A DNA stretch of 64,000 bases from Saprospiraceae bacterium (GTDB lineage: Bacteria; Bacteroidota; Bacteroidia; Chitinophagales; Saprospiraceae). This document shows, one piece after another, positions 24,772 to 32,662 of this stretch; positions within the stretch are counted from its first letter, which is position 1; each line of letters starts with the position of its first letter. Both the position numbers and the translations under genes were made by a program. The notes beneath the pieces are model-generated. The model worked only from the letters and a program-made list of their open reading frames with translations, searched no databases and was not told where the DNA came from. Location of the stretch: positions 276 through 64,275 of the forward strand of contig JAKVCU010000006.1 of NCBI GenBank assembly GCA_022448955.1. Direction: 5' to 3'.

Positions 24772-26982
24772 ATGAATATCAAATTATATTTCCGCTCCCT
24801 CTTTATCCTACTGGGCATGACTGCAAGCTTTACTGCTTGTTTCAATGATTTGGATACGACCCCCATCGATCCAGATTCTGTGACAGCGGCGAATGTTTAT
24901 GATGATCCTGCCGCTTACCGTCAGGTTTTAGCAAAATTGTATGCTGGTCTGGCTGTCTCTGGCCAACAAGGCCCTTCAGGCCAAGCTGATATTGAAGGTA
25001 TTGATGAGGGCTTTGGCCAATATCTTAGAGGTTTGTGGTATCACCAACAATTACCTACGGACGAGGCGGTTATCGGTTGGAATGACCAAACGATTAAGGA
25101 TTTTCACGAACAAGATTGGGATGCTAATGATCCTTTTATTTATGCATTTTACAGTCGTATCTTCTACCAAATTTCTGTTTGTAACGAATTTTTACGCGAA
25201 ACAACAGAAGATAAATTGAATGAAAGAGGTGTTGACGATGCATTAAAAACAGAAATCCAAGGATTTCGTGCAGAAGCACGTTTCTTACGTGCACTGAGTT
25301 ATTACCACGCTTTGGATCATTTCCGCAATGTTCCTTTTGTAACTGAAGAAGATCGAGTAGGTTCTTTCTTCCCTGAGCAAATTCAGGCACCTCAGTTATT
25401 TGATTTCTTAATCACAGAACTTACAGAAATCGAAGGACAGCTACCTACACCAAAGGCTAATGAATATGGTCGTGCAGACCAAGCTGCTATTTGGATGCTT
25501 TTAGCAAAGCTTTACTTGAATGCTGAGGTATACGCTGGTAAAAATGAATATGCGAATTGTTTGACACAAATCGAAAAAGTAATCAATGCTGGTTATGAGT
25601 TAGATGAAGAATATGAACACCTATTTATGGCAGATAATGACCTTTCAAACGAAGTGATTTTTAGTATTCCTTTCGATGGTATCAATACCAAAACTTGGGG
25701 AGGTACAACATTCATCCTTCGTGCCGGCATTGGTGGATCAATGAATGATAATGCACCTACAGATTATGGTGTAGCTGATGGTTGGGGTGGAACACGTGTT
25801 ACCTCTTCATTGGTAGGTAAATACCCAGCTGTGGCAAGTGAACAAGGAGGAGGTCTAATTGTGCTACCTAATTCAGGGGAAGATTATACGCAAGCATATG
25901 TACCAGGATCATTTGTACAATGGAACCCTGCCAATGCACCTGCATTGACTTCACCAAATGAAGACGATGTTTTTGAGGGATATATCTATTTTGAAGAAGC
26001 AGATCAAAAGTTCATCATCACGAGACAACGTTCATTTGCCAACAACTTTGGAGATGATGGCCAAGATGGTACTTTAGAACCAAACGGTGACCAAATTGAT
26101 GTGGCTGAGCCAGGTGTTTATTACCTAAATGCAGATTTAACCAACCTAACTTATACGCTTGAAAAAGTAGAATTCGGAATCATCGGTTCTGCAACGGCTA
26201 ATGGTTGGGATAGTGATATTGACATGGTTTACAGCCCAGAAGATACTGCTTGGGTTTACGAAGGCCTATTAAGCGCTGGTGAGATGAAATTCCGTGCAAA
26301 TGATGATTGGGCAATCAATTATGGAGACGACGGCGCAGATGCTATCTTAGAATTAGATGGTGGAAACATTATTGTTGAATCCACTGGAAATTACCGTGTC
26401 AAATTCTTCACAGCAAGTGCAGACTATACTTACTCTTTAGAATTGACTAGTTCTGATAAAAGAGCCAACTTTTATACGGAAGGCCAAACTCTAGAAATTG
26501 CAGATATTGCACAATTCACGGAAGGATATGCTTCGCAAAAATATAAGAATGTAACTAGAGATGGCTCTAGAGGCAGTGATCTAACACATGTTGATATTGA
26601 CTTCCCGATGTGGCGCTTAGCAGATGCCTATTTAATGTATGCAGAAGCACATCTTAGAGGTGGTGGTGGTGATGCCAATACTGCTGTAGATTATATCAAT
26701 ATGGTGAGGTTAAGAGCTTATGGCGACGAATCTGGACAAATTACAACTAACGATCTAAATCTAGATTTCATTCTGGATGAAAGAGCAAGAGAACTATACT
26801 GGGAAGCACATCGTCGTCAAGATTTAGTTCGTTTTGGTCAATTCTCTGATGGATCATACGTATGGCCTTGGAAAGGTGGAGTAGTAGACGGTGCAGCTGT
26901 AGAGGAACACTTTGATGTGTACCCTATTCCATCTGCTGATATTGGAGCTAATCCAAGTCTAACTCAAAACACTGGTTATTAA
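24772..26982 (+). CDS. SusD/RagB family lipoprotein with internal insertion of two SusE/F-like domains
   Basis: Lipobox FTAC. The SusD N-terminal half and C-terminal end (FPMWRLADAYLMYAEA, LDERARELYWEAHRRQDLVRFG, YPIP) are interrupted by residues ~375-559, which contain GIIGSATANGWDSD...KFRANDDWAINYG. 736 aa. Confidence 0.9.
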   Translation: MNIKLYFRSLFILLGMTASFTACFNDLDTTPIDPDSVTAANVYDDPAAYRQVLAKLYAGLAVSGQQGPSGQADIEGIDEGFGQYLRGLWYHQQLPTDEAVIGWNDQTIKDFHEQDWDANDPFIYAFYSRIFYQISVCNEFLRETTEDKLNERGVDDALKTEIQGFRAEARFLRALSYYHALDHFRNVPFVTEEDRVGSFFPEQIQAPQLFDFLITELTEIEGQLPTPKANEYGRADQAAIWMLLAKLYLNAEVYAGKNEYANCLTQIEKVINAGYELDEEYEHLFMADNDLSNEVIFSIPFDGINTKTWGGTTFILRAGIGGSMNDNAPTDYGVADGWGGTRVTSSLVGKYPAVASEQGGGLIVLPNSGEDYTQAYVPGSFVQWNPANAPALTSPNEDDVFEGYIYFEEADQKFIITRQRSFANNFGDDGQDGTLEPNGDQIDVAEPGVYYLNADLTNLTYTLEKVEFGIIGSATANGWDSDIDMVYSPEDTAWVYEGLLSAGEMKFRANDDWAINYGDDGADAILELDGGNIIVESTGNYRVKFFTASADYTYSLELTSSDKRANFYTEGQTLEIADIAQFTEGYASQKYKNVTRDGSRGSDLTHVDIDFPMWRLADAYLMYAEAHLRGGGGDANTAVDYINMVRLRAYGDESGQITTNDLNLDFILDERARELYWEAHRRQDLVRFGQFSDGSYVWPWKGGVVDGAAVEEHFDVYPIPSADIGANPSLTQNTGY

Positions 26983-27009
26983 TCCTAATTTGAAAAAAGA
27001 AAATGTGTC

Positions 27010-28059
27010 ATGTTAAATAAAAATACTTTATCACTTCTTGTTGCTCTAAGCATGCTATTTTTTGCGTGTGAAGAAAAAACATTTGACCCTGTAGTCGAAT
27101 TAGTGACCGCCCCAGAGCTTACAGCTCCTACTACAGGTACTGGATTTGTCTTAGCAGAAGACGCAGTAGAACAAAATCTAACCACATTTACTTGGACTGC
27201 GGCAGATTTTGGCTATTCTGCAGGTATTACTTATCGAATCGAATTTGATATCGTAGGAAATAATTTCGCTGAAGCAATCACACTAGGTTCTTCGAACGAT
27301 CTAAGCTTTACGAATCTTTCTATTGGAAAGATGAATAATATTCTTTTAGCAAAAGGCTTACCATTTGGATTTGACAATGAACTAGAAGTTAGGGTTTGCG
27401 CCAGCGTAAGTACCCAGGTAGAAACCATGTGCTCTGAACCAATCACCATTACCGTTAACCCATTTGCTGCAGAAGTAGAATATCCCTTTTTAACTGTTCC
27501 TGGTGACTATCAAGGTTGGAACCCTGCTGATGAATCGAGGGCAATATTTTCAAGAAGAAGTGACGATATTTATACCGGTTTTATCTACTTCCAGATTGAT
27601 AATGCTGTTTACAAATTTGTTCAGGGCCTTAGCTGGGATGTCAACTGGGGGGATATAGAACCAGATGGAGTACTAGACCCACAAGGGCTTGGAAATGATA
27701 TTATGATTCCAGACGGTGCAGGTATGTATTTACTTACTTGCGACCTCAATACGTTAACCCATGCTGCCCAGAAAACCAATTGGGGCCTACTTGGCGATGC
27801 CACGCCCAACGGCTGGGATACCGATGTAGATTTCGAATGGGATACTGAAAGGGAAGTGCTAAGTGTTACCTTAGACCTAAATCCTGGATCAATTAAATTC
27901 CGTGCAAATGATACGGATGATATCAGCTTTGGCGATGACTTCACAAATGGAACACTGGAGTTTGATGGTGACAATATTCCAATTACAGAAGCAGGAAACT
28001 ACACCATCGATCTCATTTTGATGACAGCAGATTATTCTTACACCATTACGAAAAATTAA
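27010..28059 (+). CDS. SusE-like outer membrane lipoprotein (SusE N-domain + two SusE/F-like beta-sandwich domains)
   Basis: Lipobox FFAC and TTFTWTAADFGYSAGITYRIEFD (SusE N-domain style), followed by PGDYQGWNP... and GLLGDATPNGWDTD...KFRANDTDDISFG. Confidence 0.85.
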   Translation: MLNKNTLSLLVALSMLFFACEEKTFDPVVELVTAPELTAPTTGTGFVLAEDAVEQNLTTFTWTAADFGYSAGITYRIEFDIVGNNFAEAITLGSSNDLSFTNLSIGKMNNILLAKGLPFGFDNELEVRVCASVSTQVETMCSEPITITVNPFAAEVEYPFLTVPGDYQGWNPADESRAIFSRRSDDIYTGFIYFQIDNAVYKFVQGLSWDVNWGDIEPDGVLDPQGLGNDIMIPDGAGMYLLTCDLNTLTHAAQKTNWGLLGDATPNGWDTDVDFEWDTEREVLSVTLDLNPGSIKFRANDTDDISFGDDFTNGTLEFDGDNIPITEAGNYTIDLILMTADYSYTITKN

Positions 28060-28165
28060 ATACTAGATATCAACTAGGCTATATACATGGGGTAAATCCT
28101 TGATTTCACCCTAGGATACAATACATCCAAATTAATTACGATTCAACTTTTTAAAAATTACTATT

Positions 28166-29935
28166 ATGTTAAAAAAATTACTCTATCTATTTACAATTAC
28201 TTTATTAACCGCAGCTATTGCTCAAGCTCAATCTGTGGGTATCATCGGTTCTGCTACTCCTGGAGGATGGGATGAGGATACAGATTTGACACAAGATGCT
28301 GATAACCCTGATATATGGACAATCTCTGGACTAGCCCTTAGTACGGGTGAAACTAAATTCCGTCAAGATGATGACTGGACAGTCAACTGGGGTGCTACCT
28401 CATTCCCTAATGGTACAGGTGAGCAGGATGGTCCTAACATCCCTACTGCTGGTGGTACCTATGATATTACTTTTAATTCGGCTACAGCTGAATATACTTT
28501 CACAGAAACTTCTCCCACTTATGGGTCTATAGGTCTCATCGGTACAGGTACTTCTATCGGAAACTTCGATGAAGATGTCGATATGACTGCAATCGACACT
28601 ATTCCATGGGTTTGGACATTAGAAACAACATTAGTTGCTGGTGATGTAAAATTCCGTGCTGATGATGATTGGACCAACAACTGGGGAGCAATCGATTGGC
28701 CATCAGGTGTTGGCACACCAGGTGGTGATAATATTCCAAGTGTACCAGGTGATTATCTAGTAACATTCAACTCTGCTACGGGTGAATACTCTTTCGAAAC
28801 TTTAGTTCCACTTTACAATACGATCGGTGTTATCGGTGATGCTACACCAGGTGGATGGGATGCTGATACAGATCTAGAACAAAATCCTAATAATCCTTCT
28901 TTATGGTCTGCTAATATTACTTTCACTGATGGTGAAGCAAAATTCCGTGCTGAAGATGACTGGGCAGTCAACTGGGGTGCAGAAGATTTCCCTATGGGTA
29001 CGGCTGTTTTAGAAGGTCCAAATATCCCTGTTGTTGCTGGCGAATACAATGTTCAGTTCAACTCCGCTACAGGTGAATACAACTTTGCCCCACCAATTTC
29101 AATCTTCGAAACAGTAGGAATTATTGGTGATGGTACTGGTCTTGGTTGGGATGAAGATATCGATATGTATGTTGATCCAGCACAGCCAGATCAATGGACA
29201 GTTCAGTTGCACCTAACAACAGGTGAAGTAAAATTCCGCGCAAATAATGCTTGGGATGTCAACTGGGGTGACGATGGTTTCCCTACAGGTACAGCTACTG
29301 AAGGTGGACCAAATATTCCTGTTTTTGAAGGTGATTGGGAAATTACTTTTAATGCAACAACTGGAGTCTATTCTTTCACTCCTGTATCAATCGGTATCAT
29401 CGGTACAGCTACTGCAGGTGGTTGGGATTCTGATACAGATATGGCTGCTAGTAATACAGCGGGAAGTGTTTGGTCGCTTGATATCGATTTGATGGATGGT
29501 GAAGCAAAATTCCGTCAAAATGATGATTGGGCAATCAACTGGGGTGAAGCTACTTTCCCTACTGGTGCAGGTACACAAGATGGTCCTAATATCCCTGTAA
29601 CAGCAGGATCGTACAATGTTAGCTTAAATACAGCTACTGGTGATTATGCATTTAATGGTTCAAATAATACTTTAAATCTATTGGACGGAAGTGCAATCCA
29701 GGTATTTCCTAATCCAACTCGCGAATTACTAAATATCAATATTGAAGCAGTTGAATTACAGAACGATGTAACTGTTCGCGTTCTTAACTTAGAAGGACAA
29801 GTAATCAGCGTTCAGCAATTTAATCAGTTAGAATCATTAAACATTGATGTTTCTAACTATGCTGCAGGTGTATATATTCTTCAGTTATCTAATAACGAAT
29901 ACATACTTGGTAAGCGTTTTTCAGTTATTAAATAA
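28166..29935 (+). CDS. secreted protein with five tandem SusE/F-like domains and T9SS C-terminal sorting domain
   Basis: Signal peptide, five ~92-98-aa repeats each with IIG.ATPGGWD...W...GE.KFR..DDW..NWG...GPNIP...Y...FN.ATGEY.F, then VFPNPT...GVYILQL (T9SS CTD). Confidence 0.88.
   Translation: MLKKLLYLFTITLLTAAIAQAQSVGIIGSATPGGWDEDTDLTQDADNPDIWTISGLALSTGETKFRQDDDWTVNWGATSFPNGTGEQDGPNIPTAGGTYDITFNSATAEYTFTETSPTYGSIGLIGTGTSIGNFDEDVDMTAIDTIPWVWTLETTLVAGDVKFRADDDWTNNWGAIDWPSGVGTPGGDNIPSVPGDYLVTFNSATGEYSFETLVPLYNTIGVIGDATPGGWDADTDLEQNPNNPSLWSANITFTDGEAKFRAEDDWAVNWGAEDFPMGTAVLEGPNIPVVAGEYNVQFNSATGEYNFAPPISIFETVGIIGDGTGLGWDEDIDMYVDPAQPDQWTVQLHLTTGEVKFRANNAWDVNWGDDGFPTGTATEGGPNIPVFEGDWEITFNATTGVYSFTPVSIGIIGTATAGGWDSDTDMAASNTAGSVWSLDIDLMDGEAKFRQNDDWAINWGEATFPTGAGTQDGPNIPVTAGSYNVSLNTATGDYAFNGSNNTLNLLDGSAIQVFPNPTRELLNINIEAVELQNDVTVRVLNLEGQVISVQQFNQLESLNIDVSNYAAGVYILQLSNNEYILGKRFSVIK
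28232..29653 (+). repeat. five tandem coding repeats, period about 276-294 nt
   Basis: Repeat units start at residues S23, S121, T219, T316 and S408 of the 28166 ORF. Confidence 0.85.
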
Positions 29936-29970
29936 TTGGTGTAAAGATTTACATTAACGTTCATTACTTT

Positions 29971-30000
29971 AAGGCTTATCTTCTTCGGAGGGTAAGCCTT
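29971..30000. terminator. hairpin between convergent genes
   Basis: aaggcttatc / ggtaagcctt arms (9 of 10 bp) with a ttcttcggag loop, flanked by T and A runs. Confidence 0.6.
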
Positions 30001-30450
30001 TTAGTTTTGTGTCAGATATAACTTTTGAATTCTTACCGTTGGACCAGGACACATCGCTTTATGACAGCTCATACAGTTGTTAACCATATCATGAAATAAT
30101 GCTGCTGCTTGCGCAGAATCCGCATTTTTCAAAGCATTTAAACTCGCTAGATAAGTCTGTGCATAAGAATGATAGATAGGACTTTCTGCTTTTTCAGCTT
30201 CTGTGGCTTTCGCCGAATAAATTTCTTCAAATGTTTTTAACACCTTTGGTGTTTTTCCTGCCTTTATCTCTTCTTTCATTCGTTCTGCATCTTCAAACAT
30301 CTCGCGCATTAGTAATGCTAATTCACTATCACCATTTGGATTAACAGGTGCTTCGGAAATAGTATAGGTAGGTTGAGGCTCCTTTGTCCCCGAACAAGAG
30401 AGTGCAAAAATCAAACAACAAATAACGGAAAAGGCAGTCAGTGATCTCAT
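30001..30450 (-). CDS. lipoprotein, class II (cytochrome c'-like) c-type cytochrome candidate
   Basis: Lipobox LSC, a mostly helical 149-aa sequence, and a single CMSCH haem-binding motif close to the C-terminus. Confidence 0.6.
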   Translation of the reverse strand: MRSLTAFSVICCLIFALSCSGTKEPQPTYTISEAPVNPNGDSELALLMREMFEDAERMKEEIKAGKTPKVLKTFEEIYSAKATEAEKAESPIYHSYAQTYLASLNALKNADSAQAAALFHDMVNNCMSCHKAMCPGPTVRIQKLYLTQN

Positions 30451-30671
30451 TATGCTAATTTTACTGCAATGTTAAAGAAATCCCTCCAATCTACTAGTGA
30501 TAAAGCTCTCTTTGTTTATTTCTCCGATAAATCAAAAAATCTACTAGAAAGGATGAAGACAAAATGAACGGTCATCCCTCACCGTCCCATTTTCGGACAC
30601 TCATCCCACAAACGCACAACTTAAGAAGCCCAAATAAACAACAAATAACTGAAAATCAATAATTTAAACTT

Positions 30672-30687
30672 TGGCACGCCTCTTGAA
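30672..30687 (+). promoter_or_regulatory. sigma-54 type -24/-12 promoter
   Basis: TTGGCACGcctcTTGAAT versus the consensus TGGCACG-N4-TTGCW (one mismatch in the -12 element). It lies about 26 nt upstream of the ATG at 30713, and a sigma-54 activator is encoded in the same operon. Confidence 0.6.
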
Positions 30688-30712
30688 TTAGAAATGATAA
30701 AAAATACTAAAA

Positions 30713-31957
30713 ATGGACAGACCTGTTCAACAATCATTAAAAACGAAACGCAACTTAAAATGGATATTTTATAGTATTCTATGTGTTGGAGCTCTTTATG
30801 CAAGTTGGCAATTTTTAGGTAATCAATTAAAAACAAGCATTGATCCTAAAGATTTTATTACTGCTAAAGTGGAAAAAGGTAATATTGAAAGTACCATTTC
30901 AGCCGCAGGCGAAGTCATCCCTATTTACGAACAAGTATTGAGTAGTCCTATTAAAGCTACTATCCAAGAAGTATTAAAGCCGATTGGCACGAAGGTGCGA
31001 AAAGGTGAAGCTATATTGGTGTTGGACAAAAGCGAATCTTTGTTAGAGTTTGAAAAACTTACAGATCAATTAGAATTAAGAAAAAATGAAATCACCCGAC
31101 TGAAATTAAATCTCAAAAAAGAGTTATTCGATCTAGAAATTTCAGATTCTATCAAAGCACTGAATGTCCAACGCCTAACTGCCGATAGAGATAATACCAA
31201 ATATCTTTTAGATATCGGTGGCGCTACACAAGAACAAATGGATGAGGCCGAATTGCAATTAAAAATTGCCTTACTAGAGAAAAAACAATTAGACCACAGC
31301 CTGAAAACTAAGAAACAATCTACCGAAACAGAAATCTTCGAAAAAGACTTACAAGCCAAGATTCAAGGCCATGCTATTACAGAATTGGAGCAAAAACTCC
31401 AAAAAGCAGACATCAAAGCACAAAGATCAGGTGTACTCACTTGGGTAAATGACCGAATAGGATTGCCCGTAAATCCAGGAGAAACATTAGCTAGATTAGC
31501 TGACCTAGGATTTTTTAAAGTAATGGGGAGTATATCCGATATTTATGCGGATAAAATCAAAATCGGACAGCGTGCTATTGTAACTGTAAATGACCAGCCT
31601 TTAAGTGGAACGATCAATAATATCCGCCCCACAGTAGAAAACAATATCATTACCTTCGAAGTACAACTCGATCAATCTAATCATGAAGCTTTACGTCCCA
31701 ATATGAAAGTGGAAGTATATATCATCTTGGCTAGTAAATCGGAAACACTTAGAATTGCTAATGGTCCTGCTTTTAATGGTAAAGCAAAACAAAAGTTATT
31801 CCTACTTCAAGATGGAAGAGCTATTCAAAAAGAAGTCCAAATGGGACTCAGCAGCTTCGAATATGTAGAAGTACTTAGCGAACTACGTCTCGGAGATGAG
31901 ATCATCATCTCTGACATGAAACAATACGAACACTTATCTGAGATCACAATAAAATAA
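30713..31957 (+). CDS. HlyD-family efflux periplasmic adaptor
   Basis: N-terminal TM helix, long coiled-coil section, and barrel-sandwich/beta-barrel C-terminal motifs. 414 aa. Confidence 0.85.
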   Translation: MDRPVQQSLKTKRNLKWIFYSILCVGALYASWQFLGNQLKTSIDPKDFITAKVEKGNIESTISAAGEVIPIYEQVLSSPIKATIQEVLKPIGTKVRKGEAILVLDKSESLLEFEKLTDQLELRKNEITRLKLNLKKELFDLEISDSIKALNVQRLTADRDNTKYLLDIGGATQEQMDEAELQLKIALLEKKQLDHSLKTKKQSTETEIFEKDLQAKIQGHAITELEQKLQKADIKAQRSGVLTWVNDRIGLPVNPGETLARLADLGFFKVMGSISDIYADKIKIGQRAIVTVNDQPLSGTINNIRPTVENNIITFEVQLDQSNHEALRPNMKVEVYIILASKSETLRIANGPAFNGKAKQKLFLLQDGRAIQKEVQMGLSSFEYVEVLSELRLGDEIIISDMKQYEHLSEITIK

Positions 31958-31962
31958 AAGAT

Positions 31963-32628
31963 ATGATTAAGTTATCCCAAATTGAAAAGGTTTATACCAC
32001 CAAAACAATCGAAACCTTAGCCCTCAATAATATCAACTTGGATATTATGAAAGGAGAATTTGTATCTATCATGGGGCCTTCGGGCTGTGGTAAAAGTACC
32101 CTCTTAAACATTATGGGTTTATTAGATGATCCTTCTACGGGCCAAGTAGAAATTAATGGAGAGTCATTTGCTAGATTTTCAGACAAACAGCTAGCAAAAT
32201 TTAGAAATAATACCATTGGCTTCATCTTTCAAAGTTATCACCTGATTAATGATTTATCGGTAATTGATAATGTAGAGCTGCCCTTGCTTTACAGAAATGT
32301 ATCTAGTAGCGAAAGAAGAAAATTGGCTTCAGAAGCATTAGAAAAAGTAGGTCTAGCCAATAGAATGAAACACTTCCCAAGTCAGTTATCAGGTGGTCAA
32401 AAGCAAAGAGTGGCGATTGCAAGAGCAATCGTTGGACGGCCACAAATTATCTTGGCCGATGAGCCTACTGGAAACCTTGATAGTGTGATGGGTAATGAAG
32501 TGATGGACATTTTGCTTAAGCTGAATGAACAAGAGGATACCACTATTGTGATGGTTACGCACGATGAAAGCATGGCACAGAAAACGCACCGATTAATTCG
32601 CTTATTTGACGGAAGTCAAGTAAACTAA
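31963..32628 (+). CDS. ABC transporter ATP-binding protein (MacB/LolD type)
   Basis: Walker A GPSGCGKST, Q-loop, signature LSGGQKQRVAIARA, Walker B ILADEPTGNLD. Confidence 0.93.
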   Translation: MIKLSQIEKVYTTKTIETLALNNINLDIMKGEFVSIMGPSGCGKSTLLNIMGLLDDPSTGQVEINGESFARFSDKQLAKFRNNTIGFIFQSYHLINDLSVIDNVELPLLYRNVSSSERRKLASEALEKVGLANRMKHFPSQLSGGQKQRVAIARAIVGRPQIILADEPTGNLDSVMGNEVMDILLKLNEQEDTTIVMVTHDESMAQKTHRLIRLFDGSQVN

Positions 32629-32662
32629 ACCCTTTTCCCGATCTTAAATAATCCGACGTATC

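Noticed and set aside
27621-29578. Several 60-117-aa minus-strand and off-frame ORFs inside the SusE-like and five-repeat genes
   Set aside because: They lie wholly within long, repeat-structured, family-recognisable + strand genes and have low-complexity Ser/Pro-rich translations typical of antisense frames.
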